DNA of 54,145 nt, counting the filler, from Streblomastix strix (Eukaryota): NCBI GenBank assembly GCA_008636045.1. It is 3 parts of 3 records of this genome, joined end to end, with 100 filler letters (N's around TTAATTAATTAA, not from the genome) between each part and the next. Parts side by side here need not be neighbours in the genome. Positions count along the whole stretch, not along the records: positions 36,186 to 54,145 come from SNRW01000654.1; 2 more parts are not named here. One strand, given 5' to 3'. The notes under the pieces are model-generated. The model worked only from the letters and a program-made list of their open reading frames with translations. It was not told the origin of the DNA and ran no database searches. This document shows, one piece after another, positions 40,060-53,920 of this stretch; the first letter of the stretch is position 1; each line of letters starts with the position of its first letter. A program made the translations under genes and the position numbers.

Positions 40060-43000
40060 AATTAATATTTTCCATTTGAACTTCATCTTCTATTTTATTT
40101 TTCTATTTCATGCGTTTGCAAATGCAACAAATATTTATAAATGGTTTTGTTATAATAAGGTGAACACCAACTACAGCAATTAGAATTATCTTCCAATTAG
40201 CTAATGAAAATCCTTTTGGCTAATCTTCAACTTCTATTTAATCTTATTTTTGTTCTTCCTTTTCCAAATCATCTATTTCAAAGGAACCTGCTATATCTTC
40301 TTTTCCTTAAACTCCTATGAATATTTTTCTATCATTTGAGATATGCAAACTATAATTATTATGTATATAATCAAACCATTAATAATCTTTAATTCCAAAT
40401 GTTGCTGTTTATTCACCTTGAAGATCTGTTTCAATATGGATTGAATTTCCTGTTTCATCTGATGTATATATTACATCTCCGTTATTATCTTATTATATTA
40501 ATATTTCCTTTTTAAATTAAGTTATCAGTCATAATTCAACAATCTTAGCACATAATTCATCTTAAATCATACCTTGTCCTTTAATTGTGAACTATAATGG
40601 TTCTTCATTATTACATTCATTCAATGAAATATTTATATTAGTCAAGGTTATAGTTTCAGCACAGAAATATTAAAGATTATATTACTATGATTAAATTTCA
40701 TCTTATGAAAGCTCTTGGAATACATTTTATTCCATAATAATACCTTCAAATTCATTTTAATTAGATAATCCATCACCGCAATTTCCTTTCTCATGTTCTC
40801 GATTATTTCCATATTTACATCATTCGACAACACCTTTCATTACAAGATATAAACTTTATCCTGATCTATCTGCTTTATTATTATATATCTTCATTCCTCT
40901 CAAATCTAATCTAAATGTTGATGGATTATAATATCCAGTTCCAGCCAACAAAATTCTTTAACCCTATCCAGATGGAGAAGTTGATGAAGTATTTGTTTTT
41001 GCTTCACAATCTTGAATTATTGTATTATTGATCTTAAATTCAAATTGTGATGCAATGTCTATATTAATACATATTCCTCCTCCATTTTGTCAACTCGTTT
41101 TGCATAAACTGAATTTACATCAAAATTTCATGGTTATGTTTCCTATAGTGTTAATGCTTCAGTAAATAGTTCCTTCACTAAAAGCTAAACAGTTATCAAA
41201 TGTTACATCACTAAATTCAACAGATCATCCAAAGATTACTAAATAAATTCTTCCACCGTTTCCAGATGAACTCACACAGTTACTGAATTAACTTCAATTT
41301 TTAATTATTAATAAACTTCCTGATTTCAATTATGCATTAATTGCAGCTCCATTACCTGATCCTGACTCTGAAATATTCAAAAATATTGAATTTGATATAT
41401 TTATTTCATTCTTTCTATAAATTTATGTTGAAAATATCTAATCAGATTTAATTATTATTGAACTCTTTCATTGCTAATTTTATATTATAATATCTTTCTC
41501 CGATTAATTGTTACAAATCCTCCTTTAAAGGATAATAAACAATGAGAAAGACTTGTGCTTACATATACGGCAGAATCTTGCTAAAATTCTCAATCTACAA
41601 TAGATAATGAAGGAATTTGATAATTATTAAATGAAAAAATTAAAATAAGTGGATTTTATGATGCTGTATTAAGATTATCAAAATGAAGACAAAGAAGTTC
41701 ATTTTGATTTCCAATATCATAATATTTGAATATAGAATTACTTTTTTATGATGTTTGAATATATTATTTGATATATGATTTTTGTATTGGAATATATTCA
41801 TCATATTTGATTTACACTTTATTGCTAAATGGTGATTATGTATTAATTATAATATTTTCTTCAAGTTATGTTGAACTCATAACAATTACTAGAAAAATTT
41901 TATAATCTTTATTAAATTCTGCTATTTGATATTCACTAAAACTCAATACGTAATTAGTTCTTTAACATGGAGATGTCGAATCTCCACATGATGAATTATC
42001 AAATCCTGAATTTGTATTGATATAAAAGTCTATGAAATATTTTGATGGTCTTATATCTGTCAAAAGTGACTAATGATCAGATATTGAAGCATTTGGTGAA
42101 AAGTATTTATCTTCATTAATTTCCAAATAATCATAATAGTAAATTGAATTTTTGTATAGATTAATATTTCCATTTACAGTTAAAAGTTACTCTGATGACA
42201 TTTTTGTTCCAGTTGCTTTTATATTTTGGAAATGAATAAGTAAATTATTCCTAATGTTATTAATTGCTGCACAATTGTAGAATATTAGATCGGTCATTAA
42301 CAAATTGGATGAAATAAGAATATGAGTAGAATCTTCAAAGACTATGAATAATGCTACACCTTATCCATGTGCTTTATTTGAAGAATTCGTTAATATTCTA
42401 CAATTGATGATTGAGCAATTAATAATGAACTTTTTGGAATTTACATCTTAATTAAGATAAATTGCTCCTCAACACCCAGGCTATTTACTATTGCAATTTG
42501 TGAATGATGAATTTTTTATATAAATAGCGACTGCATTTACAAGTTGAATATTTAATCCACCTTCTTTTTCAATGCAATAACAAATCAAGAATAATGAACT
42601 TTTAATATCGACTAAAGATGAATAGAAAGTAAAAATGTCTATTCCAGCCCATATTCTAATGTACAATTTGTGAATGAAACCATATTAACCTCGAATGTCA
42701 CTAAGCCGTATGTACCAACAGTAATTCCTTCTCCATCTCTGGCTTAGCAGGAATCAAATTTTAATTCTACTCTTATATTTATTTTAGTATAATCCTCTTA
42801 TATCCTAAAAAATTTTCCTCTCCCTCTCGTTTATATGCATTAACATTTAGTAAATTACATGTCTATTTTTGTTTTTTATGCCAAATATCTTGAAATAAAA
42901 TGAGATCCATCTCCTAACTATTAAGCTGCACAATTTTCAAATTGCATATAATTGATTATAATTTATCCTTATTTAGAAATATCTATGTTCATTCTAAAAC

Positions 43001-43740
43001 CATATCCAAGAGTACTACATTTCTTAAACTTAAGTCCTTAAAATATCTGAATATTATAATTAGCTTATGTAGAATATATACAACAACCACGTCCATAACT
43101 GTTCGAACTACAATTGTAAAACTATCATATTCCTAATATTGAAAATTATCTATATATATATATTCCTCCACCATAGTTAGATTTACAATTTTAGAAATAT
43201 ATTTATTCCAATGTTACAAAAACAGATGCATCAATCAATAAATATAAAACTTCTCCCCTTATTTGTTGAATATTATCCAATAAAATTGCACGTTGAGATC
43301 TTTACTTAACTTGAAGATATACCAATATTAATATTTATGACACCACTATCAGCATTTGGTACTGCTGATTTCATTGTGAAATTAATATATTTAAATTTTA
43401 TACTACCAAAAATATTGAATTAACCATCTGCATTAATTTGAATCTTACTATTAATTATACTACTTAAAGGACAATTCCTGAATATTCCCAAAGATGATAT
43501 TTATGTTATTTCTAGAATAGATGACAGAGTTATATTGTCAAATACATAAACTGAATAAGTTCTTGCATTGTTTCGATTATTCACTATTTAAGATGCTCCT
43601 AATGTTTAGCATGGTACAGATTACGAACATGAATTTGAGTTATTTCCTAAAAAACTTTCGTAAAATTCTTCTCCATGAAATATTAAAGAATCCATAGGAA
43701 ATAAAGAACTTAAGGAATAATAATAGATAGTGATTATTTT
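40060..43740 (-). pseudogene. Large type-I membrane surface protein with parallel beta-helix-like (GGGIYI / FxNC) repeats, degraded
   Basis: Repeated GGGIYI, GGRIY, FTNC motifs, Cys pairs (NSCSQSVPCQT), C-terminal TM WKIILIAVVGVHLII...ICCICKR. Many frameshifts and TGAs. Ends approximate. Confidence 0.6.
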
Positions 43741-44787
43741 AAGGTTCAACTTGGCGAAATTTGCCGCTAAAATATTTTTTAAAAGACGCCAATTTTTTAT
43801 TTCATTTTTGGCATAACCTTTGTACAGGGGTCTGAGGTCTAATAAGGAGGGGGAAATGAATTTTTTATGAAAATTCTAATTGGAGACAGTTTTCAATTTT
43901 AATTGGCTATTAAATTTAATTTTTCTTATATTCTTTTATATCTCATTAAATTCACTAATATATTTATATATATGTGTTTCAATGTCTTTTTTTAAATATT
44001 ATATTCAATCATTAATTATATATACAAAAATTCACTCACTCATTCTTGAAATACAGTAAGAAAAAGAAAAATTTTGATTTAATCTATTATATTTAACATA
44101 ATTATAATTTTCAAATTATGATTTTACTTGTCTCATATAAATTAACGAATTAAGCTATTTTAAATATTAATTATTAGTAGAATATAATGGGGATTTAAGC
44201 CCTAACTTCAAAAAGTATTCAGTTTTATAAAAATTTTCCATTCCACCAATTTTTAAGTTATGACCTTAATATCAATACTTAAAAAATGTTTTTTATGGTT
44301 TTTTCATAAAATTATTACCCTTGAAGTTAAGACACACAACAACCTTATATAAAATAATTAAAATAAAATAAGTTGTTTATTAAAAAAGCTTTTTAAAAAA
44401 ATATCTCTAATAAATCCGTTCATCAATTTATAAAAATATATAACAACAAATAATGGATACACATAATTTTAGTAATAATTTTAGCATGGAGTTTTAACAA
44501 AAAATGACATAGCGACTTTTTAACAAAAATGTCGGAGATGGACAGCACCATGTGCATCGGGTGCATCGAGTAAAAAATTGTCATAAAAATCTGTGATCAA
44601 CCGGCCAAATGGCAAATTAAATTTTTCTTGATGAATGGCTTATTTAATTGGGATAAAATAATTTAATATTTAATAAATGTAGTAATAAATAATAAAATTT
44701 ATTGATGATAAGGTTTTCAAAGTCGATAAAATAAAACTATAGGATTTTATAAAAAATTTAAATTTTCATTTTAAAAAACAATTTAGT

Positions 44788-45846
44788 ATGAACAATTTGT
44801 AAGAGTAGTTCGAAAATAAAACTATATCATAATGATATAAAATTTACTTGGATAATTTCACGAAATACCACGCTGAAAGAATAAAACAAACAACAAAGCC
44901 ATAAACAAAGCCAAAACAAGTCGTAGAACCCCAGCTAATGATAAATATATTTCGTAGTAAAATTTAAAACAAAAATGATGTTGTATAAGATATAAAAATA
45001 AAGACATTAAAAAAATACTAAAGATCTAATTTTTCACCAGAACTTGGAAGCTGGGAAATTGATATACTTTTTGTAATACACCAAACAATTAATATATTTG
45101 TATAATAATATTTGTTTTGCATCAATATTAATACTAAATTTTTGGTTGTATTTCTTATAAAGGATAAAACAACAAATGAATTACTATGATGTATAATGCA
45201 ACTTATAAAAGACTAAAATGTTAATAACATACGGTCTGATGGTGAATCAATTTTAGGAAGTAAACAAATCAAGGAGTTTTTAAAAGAAAATAATATAAAA
45301 TATTTCTTTAATTCTTCACCATTCATAAATAAAAATCGAGTTGTTGATTCAGTAGTAAGAACAATATGAAACGCATTTGAAAATGACCCTTAGCTAATGG
45401 CTAATAACAAATAAATATAACAATTATTTGGTGAATATAACAAAACAAAACATAATGCTTTGAAGCTTTAAAAATAATCTTTTATACCTTCATAAGTTAA
45501 TTATAATGAAGATTTAGAAGGTATATTTATACGTAAGAAAATGGTGTAGTTAAAAGGTATAATGGATTTATAGAACAAAAATAAACAGCTAGATTTAACA
45601 AAAGGTAATATAATAATGATATATTTGGACCTATCAAAAACACCTCATGGATTTCAAAAGAAAAGAAGGTAATTTAATGAGATAGCAGCATTTATAAAAT
45701 ATGAGCATGGTAATGTTAATTGTGAGTTGTTAAAACCATATAAAAATATAAAAACAGTTGAAGTTTCAGTATATTATACGCATAAAGTTGCTGACAGTAT
45801 TGATGTATTACCTTAAAAATATAAAAGAACCTTTTAATTATTTTAA
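44788..45846 (+). pseudogene. Retroviral-type (rve) integrase, D,D(35)D
   Basis: GSWEIDILF...YLFCININTKFL...IRSDGES...NRVVDSVVRTI*...YNKTKH; three internal TGAs; 3' end set by homology. Confidence 0.85.
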
Positions 45847-45870
45847 TTTATTTTTTTATTAGTATATTAA

Positions 45871-46140
45871 ATGGAAGATATAAAAATTGTAAATTAAACT
45901 TTAAAGGCTTGAAGACCTAAACAATTTTAAACAGAAGACTAAGCAAAAAATATAGCAAGATAATAACGCAAAGAATATAAAGCTAGAAAAAGCGAGGAGT
46001 TAAAAAAGTTTAACCTATAAGCTTCTGCACTACAAATATAAGTAATAAAATTATTAGGTAAAATAGTGTTAGATAACGATGATATTATAAAAATAAACGA
46101 TATGATACAAAAGAAAAAAAACAAATTGAGGTCCTAAAAG
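45871..46140 (+). pseudogene. Small basic hypothetical protein, homologue of 18938-19210
   Basis: MEDIKIVNQTLKA*RPKQFQTEDQAKNIARQQRK... Confidence 0.5.
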
Positions 46141-46169
46141 CTAGCGTTTTATTGAAAAATGAAGCAACT

Positions 46170-47233
46170 TCTTTATCATGGTTTCTTTTTCTTATTTTTA
46201 CTGTATTTATTCTTTAATTATTTTTAAGCTTCTAATGACTTTTATAACTAGCTTGTTGGCATATAATTTTTATGTTTTGGTGGTCTATTCATTCTGTCTT
46301 CCTTCAGCATTAATTCCTTCTTTGTTTGTAAATATAATTGACCCCCTTCATTCATGTAATATCCAATCCTTTTTGTGGCATATGGTGTTTTGCAATAATA
46401 CTGATTTACTGGGGCAGTTCCCCAATTTAATCTGTTTGTAAAATAATCTACTCCCTTTTGCGTTTGTGCATTATTTTGCTAAAAAATTTATCCTTCAACT
46501 TATTTTTCTCTCTATTATTGTTGCAACTCATTTAATGGACTAATTTGCTGATATTATTCTGTAAAATTTTATAGTTAATATTCAAAAGCATCTGTTGTAT
46601 TATCAAGACCTTTAATTTAATAAATATTATCTTTTTCTTTTACCTTTTCCTTTTCTTATTCTAAATGAGACCCAAACATAAATTGCATCAAATCATCTTC
46701 TTTATTAACGTCTTTTGGTGGTGCTGTTGCATGTAATGATGGTTAAGGAATTGCATGGCTTCCTATATCATTTGTCAGTTCATTTGTTCTAGCATTTATA
46801 CATAAGGATTAATCACTCATAGATGCGTTTCTATAAACACCTTATAACGGATCATGAACACCTCGTATATGTTCATCTAAATCCCTATAATATTCTATCA
46901 AATCATTGGGGTCAATCCCACCAAAATGTTTTTACCTTCTTGTTGCACCTTTCATACCTTCAAAAGCTGCTTCGACATCTCCACGGATAATATTAGGGTC
47001 ATACTATCTTACTTAATCAATTTTTTCTTTCCGCTACCTACTACTATCAGCACCTAGTTTTTTTAACAGCTTCCAATAGTTTTAACTCATCTAATATAGA
47101 GGGTATTTTACTTACATTTCGGGGTTAAACTTATTAACCCTTATGTATATACGGCTTTTTTGAATCAATAAATACACTAATATGTGTTTTAGATTTTACT
47201 TGTTTTAGCTGGTGCAACTCTCTTTGCATGCAT
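46170..47233 (-). pseudogene. Hypothetical viral protein, homologue of 19248-20321
   Basis: Shared WGxxP...PY/F...GY motif, same strand and position in the gene block. Confidence 0.5.
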
Positions 47234-47285
47234 CTTATTTTGCTTAAAATTATGTATTCTTATTAATATTTTTAATAACAAATAA

Positions 47286-47378
47286 ATGGCATAACAACTC
47301 ATATTTAGTGAAATAATCATTATAATTTCAAGTTTCTTGCTTATTATTTCATAATTATCAAACTTTAAAAATAATTGA
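47286..47378 (+). CDS. 30-aa single-transmembrane peptide
   Basis: MAQQLIFSEIIIIISSFLLIISQLSNFKNN*, homologue of 20340-20450. Confidence 0.55.
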
Positions 47379-47429
47379 TAACGTTTGTTTTATTATTTTT
47401 TAATAGCACAATTTACGTCTCCCTGTAAG

Positions 47430-47645
47430 ATGTTGAAAATAACCTGTGATGAATACATGATATATGCAAAGTTTCTAAATTCATTAATATCTGTAGCAAC
47501 AAAGGCACCAACAGAAATAGAACGATGTTTTTTATTATGATAATTTAATAAACATTTGAAAATGGACTAGTTAAAAGAAATAGTAGACATAGCATAAGAA
47601 AATAGCCAAAATGTTGATATGAATCTATTTGAATATTTGACATGA
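47430..47645 (+). pseudogene. Small conserved hypothetical protein
   Basis: MLKITCDEYMIY...SVATKAPTEIERCFLL*QFNKHLKMDQLKEIV. Confidence 0.55.
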
Positions 47646-47665
47646 CATTAATTTTTGATAATAAA

Positions 47666-49162
47666 ATGGGTGGTATAGGTTTGCAAATTATAAGCTCTGA
47701 CTCTGATAAGGATTTTGTACAGTGGGACACAACGATACCAAGTGGTTGCTAAAGCTTTCAAGTTAATAGTATTAATTATATACCAATTAATTTAACATTT
47801 TATTTAATTGGTGATTATATCGAAATATAGCATAACATTGCTTCTTCAGATATGATGAAAATATACTTTTAACAAAAGCCAGCAAATGCTGACTAGCAAA
47901 CAAATATATTAAATGATACTTTTAAGCTATAATTTATTGACAAATTACCTCCTATAAGATTAAACATGAACACAGCCATTGATTGCAGTTTTACAAGCGA
48001 CTAAACAGCATAAGGATATAAATATATGCCTAGAATATTAGCTATTCCATTAGCCAACATATCGAGCTTTGTTGATACAATGTTGAAGTATTTTTATACA
48101 TAAATAACGTTGAATAGTTGAACAATATGCTTTAGTAATGGAATGAATTAGCACAAATAAAAACTATAAAATAGTGCTTACGAGTTAAATACAAATTATG
48201 GGTAGGGTGTTGTTAGCTCAGCAATTAATTACATAAATTTAAGCATTGATGCATTCTTATATAACTACTGGATATTAGACACAACCGCTAATGTAGCATA
48301 TCGAGCTATGGGGTTAATTCGATTATATTGTCCTTCAATAAATAACTATATAACATCTATAGAACCAAAGCAATTTGGAGCATAAAATGGTCTAGCAGTT
48401 AGATATTTATTTGGCAAGTAAGTAGACATAAACCCTAATGGAACATTTACATCATCAGATGAATAACCCATTAATGTATAGCAACAAACAATGCAGTAAA
48501 TTATTAATAATATAAATATGTTTCCTGTAAAATTAATTTGTTCAATACCTGCACTATGTATAACTTAATGGTTAGTAATTTATAATTTATTTGGTAGAGT
48601 AAGTTTTTATGGTTTGTTTGTTACAGAGATTATAAGCGATTACGTCAAGACATTATACACATACTGATTTGCTAATAGAATAATTTTAACACTTAATTTG
48701 CATGTATAACTAGCTGGTGCTTTAGACTTATATGATAGACTTAGTGAAAATGGGGCTAATCAGATAATAAATTTATCATATGCCATTAAACAAATAGACC
48801 TAGATATATGGTTCTACTAAACAAAGTTTGATAATTAAAGCATAGAAACAGATTTAAAAAATTTTTGCCCATATATTGGTAATTTTCTTGAATATCCGCA
48901 GATGTTAATAATTAGTGTATCAAACTAGCTATAAGGCATTACTTTATAGTCAATTGGCGGTAATGGGTTTTCAAACGTATGCTTTAAATAAAACTTGGTT
49001 GATGCTCCGGTATTATGGGGGTAAAACATGATGTCTTAATAGTGTTTGATAGGTTAAAATAAGTCCTTAGTATTCATTTTATACAACAATTTTGGCAGAA
49101 AAATACCAATGCATTTTATGGATATATACAATAATTTATTACTAGAAATAAAATATTAATGA
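47666..49162 (+). pseudogene. Putative minor capsid (penton-like) protein
   Basis: 499-codon frame, full-length homologue of 20743-22225 (e.g. QLAGALDLYDRLSENGAN vs QLTGAFDLYDGLSENAAN); internal TGA at 48119. Confidence 0.55.
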
Positions 49163-49179
49163 TTTTAATAATATAATAA

Positions 49180-49505
49180 ATGGATAAATTAAATAAAGTT
49201 TTGACTACATTTGAATTATCAATACTACATTATAGCACAGCATTAAAGGACATAAAAAGGTTTGAAAAACAATTATAAAATCCATCAAATTATACTAAAT
49301 AATGTGAAGGAACAATAAGAGTTAATTTGCATACTATTAGATAAACAATTGATTAAGTGGTGAATAATGCAAAAGAACAGATAAAACACTATACAAAAAT
49401 GATTGAAAACAACCTGGAAACAATAAATGTTTTATATATAATGCGTATCCTTAATTATAGCAGGAGTTTGATGACTTTATAGATGAACATTAAATAACAT
49501 TTTGA
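49180..49505 (+). CDS. Hypothetical helical protein
   Basis: MDKLNKVLTTFELSILHYSTALKDIKRFEKQL...; 3' end uncertain. Confidence 0.4.
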
Positions 49506-49561
49506 ATCATATTTTTTTTTCTCTTTCCAAAATTATTTTTACACATTTTAATTTTAAATAA

Positions 49562-52500
49562 ATGACCCCCCTTCGTAAAGATTAAATTATATATTAAATA
49601 AAAATATATTAGCCTAATTTCGATGAAAAACTAAAGATTCCACAATTAAGATAAAAATTGAATAGTTATTTATCTTTCCGACATTATGATTAAGGAAAAA
49701 ATAATTATAAAAAACTCAGCTCATATATAACCGAACATGTAGCCTGCAGAAATGTAAATAAATAAGGACTATAATTAGCTAGATTATAACGTTATTAAAT
49801 TAAAAAAACGGTTGATAGAAATGAATAATATGAATAAGATTTATAAGAATATAGAAGAGAATAAGAACAATAAGAAGCAGATGTATTTTGGACTTATTAC
49901 CAAAGATAACAAGCCGAAGAATCAAAACAAATAATGAATGAAGAACATGATTTGATGCTATTATAAGAATCAAAGAAATTTATAAAACCATTGAATTTTA
50001 AATAAAAATAAGAGCATTTTATTCTTCCTTTATATTTTACAAGCTAATAATAGAACAAAGAAATATACGATAAAATTAGAAAAAATGCAGATGAAAACAT
50101 CATTTAAATCGAAAATGAGACAGAAACATTGTTATTATTTCCACCGATTGACAACGAAAAATTTGATTAATAGGTTAGATGTGCAAGGTAAGGGTTTTAA
50201 CGTGAAAAGGAAATTATCTCCGACGGTGGCATAAGTCCAATATATTATGAAAATTACATAGATTCTTGGAATAAAATAGAAGAATTTGTCGATATAATTT
50301 ATAACAAATATGACCATAGAGCATTTTAAATTCTATTCAATTTTGGCAATATAATGGAAGAATTAGACCACGATAAATATGGTAATGAAATTGTTAATTA
50401 TAAATATTTGTTGCCATGTGAAGCAAGAACCAAATCACATGCACCAATAAATATATAAACACATGAAGATATAGAAGATTACAAACAATATATAAATGCT
50501 GAGATTATTGACATGTAAAATTATAATTTGGACAGTACAAAAAACGTCATATAACCATTTATTCGATGATGAATAAAGTCTTTAAGTTGTAAAAGGTAAT
50601 GGTTTTATCAAGTATGAAGGAATTAATTTAAAAACACTGGGATGGACACAAGAAAGTTTTATATCAAAATAATGGAGAAAATAATACGTGTTATTAGGAA
50701 GCACTTAGCCAAAGCATTAAATCATGACAACAATAATAAAAGATACAAATAGGACTCGATTATAAGCATAAACCGTTAGTATCTTGTTAAGGTATTAGAC
50801 CTACCATTCGATGAAAAAAATAGAAAAATGACTGAATTATTAAAAATATTTGAAGGTTTAGACTTTATGAAATACTCTTAAATTATAACGCAAAAGGTTA
50901 TGATTAATTAGAATATATACTTTTTATGACGATGTGCACAAAGTTTATTATTAGGATGATATAATTAAATATGTTGATGAGGAACAAGACCAATACGAAC
51001 AAGACGAAACGAATGAACAATAAAATGTTATACAAACAGTTGATATACTAATTGTGCGGAAGGAAATTGATGGAAAACTTGCCAAACACGCATTTGATAT
51101 AGCTAATAAGGAAGCACTAACTCGATTAAAATTTTGTACATTTTGCAAGTCAAAAGGGTTTGATACTAAAATCAAAAATTTCTTAAGAGATTATGAAAAA
51201 CATACTAAAAAATGTGAATAAAATAGTGTTAAAATAGTTAAAACCATTAATTTGGATTATGTTGCAAAACCGTTTTGTCCACATATCACATAAAACAAAA
51301 CATTCTAATATCTATTGGCATATGGAGGATAAAAAGAATTTAAACCAACAAAATACTACATAACATATGATTTAGAAACTGTTGAAAAAATTGTTAATAA
51401 ATAATTTGAAAAGTCAAACAAATAGATATCCGAATTAGTGCCTTTATCTGTTGCTTCTACTATTAAAAATAAACAAGTTATTGACACAATATATTCTAAC
51501 TTGCGAAATGGAGATGATTTTTTAACATAATGGTTAAAGCACGTGTTCATTGAGGCAATCATCATATAGTAAGATAATTAGTATTATACCCCCGCAGGTA
51601 CGATAGACAAAAACATGCAATATAATGTGGAGGTACCAGTAATTTAATTCAATAGTTCAAAGTTTGATTTTTCGTTAATATTCAGGAATTTGTAATGTGC
51701 TGACTGGGAAATAAAGAGTTATATTGGCAGTTCAGGAGTAGCCAAGCAAATTGTTGTTTAACATAAGCACCTAGATATCAAGCTGAAATTTATTGAAGTG
51801 CTGAATTTTTACGTACCAATTACTTTAAAAGAATTTGTACAAACTTTTAATTCTAAAAATTATGATTAAAAAGGCATATTTCTTTATGAGTTTATAAACA
51901 CTGACAACTATAAAGAAATTTTAAACTAATCAGAACCATTTCCAATAGAATCATTCAACTCTACACTGAAAAATACATCAATTAAATAAGATGAATATAA
52001 CTAATATGTGTAATATGCAATGCTATTCAATAATAGATGGGAATACCTTTAATATTATATCGAACAAGACACTAAAAAAATGACTGAACCGATTAATATT
52101 TTGATATAATTGTATTTGAAGTTTGATATCGATATGTTTAGGTTTATGTCAATGGCGGCATGTGCAAATGCCACTAAATTTGCTCTAGCTTATAAAGAGT
52201 TTACTGTAAATGGTTATTACCCTAAGCAAATTGATAAATCACCTAAATTCGTTTTATAATAAAGATATTGGAATAATAATGCGTATTATTATAAAATGTA
52301 GGATTTTCAACAAAAAGAGATACCACCAATAATGTTTAAGAGTCAAATTTCGACTATTTCAAACAACTATTTCAAGATAACAAATATGCGATTTGTGACT
52401 ATGAATTCACACTTAACAATAAACCAACGCTCGACAGAATCGATAATAAAAAGGGTCATTCAAAGGATAATGTTTAACCGTGTTGTTTGTATTGTAAAAC

Positions 52501-53920
52501 CTTTTGCTCTAATAAAGACAAAAACATTCAAAAACTATTCACATAATTAAGAAGATTTTGCAGCTTCAACCTCTTACCAACTAATTTGACAGACATTTAT
52601 ATTTATAAACTAATCAGTTAAGGCATAACTGGTAGCTTGTCTAACGTAATGCATCGGGTTAATATTGCAGGGAAAGATTTTTAAAAGAATTTTTGGAATA
52701 ACAAAGAGACAAAAATAATAACGGTTTTAACATCTGACCATGGAATAACACATATAATAGGAATTGATTTCAACTCTTTATATCCCAATGTCATGTTATC
52801 AGAACCTCACAAATTCATTAAATATACTGGTGTTAAGATATATATGCCTGGGTCTGTTGTTAGTAAAATATTGAATAATTTCAAAGAAAATAATCAAAAA
52901 ATACTTAATATAATAAATAACTAAAATAGATTCAATAATTGGGGTCAACTATTAATTGCAGAAATTAAGGGACATACTAATGAGAATTATTTGAACTATT
53001 ACATCAATTTCCCACCAATTTTAAGGAATTATGAGTTTATGACTAATGAAGAAACAATAGATAAATACATGAACGAGCATATGAAAAATAGCAAAATTAA
53101 AATAGATTAAAAGCAGCGGAAACTGACAAATTTATTTTCAACAATGAAGGTGTATATGTCATTTTCAAATTATTATTTATGGTTTTTGATTGATGACTAT
53201 CATTTTATAATTGATGATGTTAAATAGTTGGTTTTGTTTGATAAACAAGATAAGTTCAATGGATTTGTGAAAGAGGTTACAAGCCAACGAATTTAGGCAA
53301 AAATTGAAGGACAAAAAGGATTAGAACAATTTTATAAAATTAATATGAATAGCTCGTATGGAAGTGATGGCATTAACACTGAGAAATATACAAAAATAAA
53401 AATATTGAGTGAAAAACAAACACTTTAAGCTCATTTGTCGAATACTTCTATGGATGATTAGAAACTAAGTGATGATGTTTATGCAGTACAAATAAATCCA
53501 GAGACTTGAGCATGTAAAACTTCTTTATAAATTACTTATTTTGTAATAGATAACGCAAAGTATTGGTACCTAAATTTCATTTGCAATTTCATGCACAAGT
53601 GCATTGACATGGATAAGTTGCATTTCATAGAAGGAGAAGCTAATTCAGCTTATTGGGTAGTTAGTGGTGATGAAGATGCCGGCTATAAATAATAGTTTAA
53701 ACAAGTTTTAAAAAATTAATAGTTTTATGACGTAAATGTCAATTATTTTTTCCAAGCGTTTGAAGGTGATTTGGTGGAAGGGCATTTGTCAAGTGGCATG
53801 GCGGATGAGAAAAAAATTTTAGGGCTAGCTACAGAGCGAGAAGGTACTGAAATGGTTGCGTTGGCACCTAAAAATTATTATATAAAAGTTGGTGATAAGG
53901 AAAAAATAGAATTAAAACGT
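49562..53920 (+). pseudogene. Protein-primed family B DNA polymerase (pPolB) with long N-terminal extension
   Basis: ExoI YITYDLETV, ExoII FNSSKFDF, KGIFLYE, ExoIII YYIEQDT, motif A IDFNSLYP, motif B KINMNSSYG, degenerate motif C EGEANS, and LAPKNY. Several frameshifts. Confidence 0.9.

Larger units (their letters stand above)
44400..53920. mobile_element. Endogenous Polinton/Maverick-like virus, element 2 (decayed, boundaries approximate)
   Basis: Integrase, protein-primed PolB and a gene block syntenic with element 1. Confidence 0.85.

Noticed and set aside
18255..48121. TGA read as Trp or Arg in the mobile elements (it aligns to W at 20800 and to R at 45367 and 47538)
   Set aside because: It aligns to different residues, co-occurs with frameshifts, and also terminates intact genes. 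Ordinary nonsense decay explains it.
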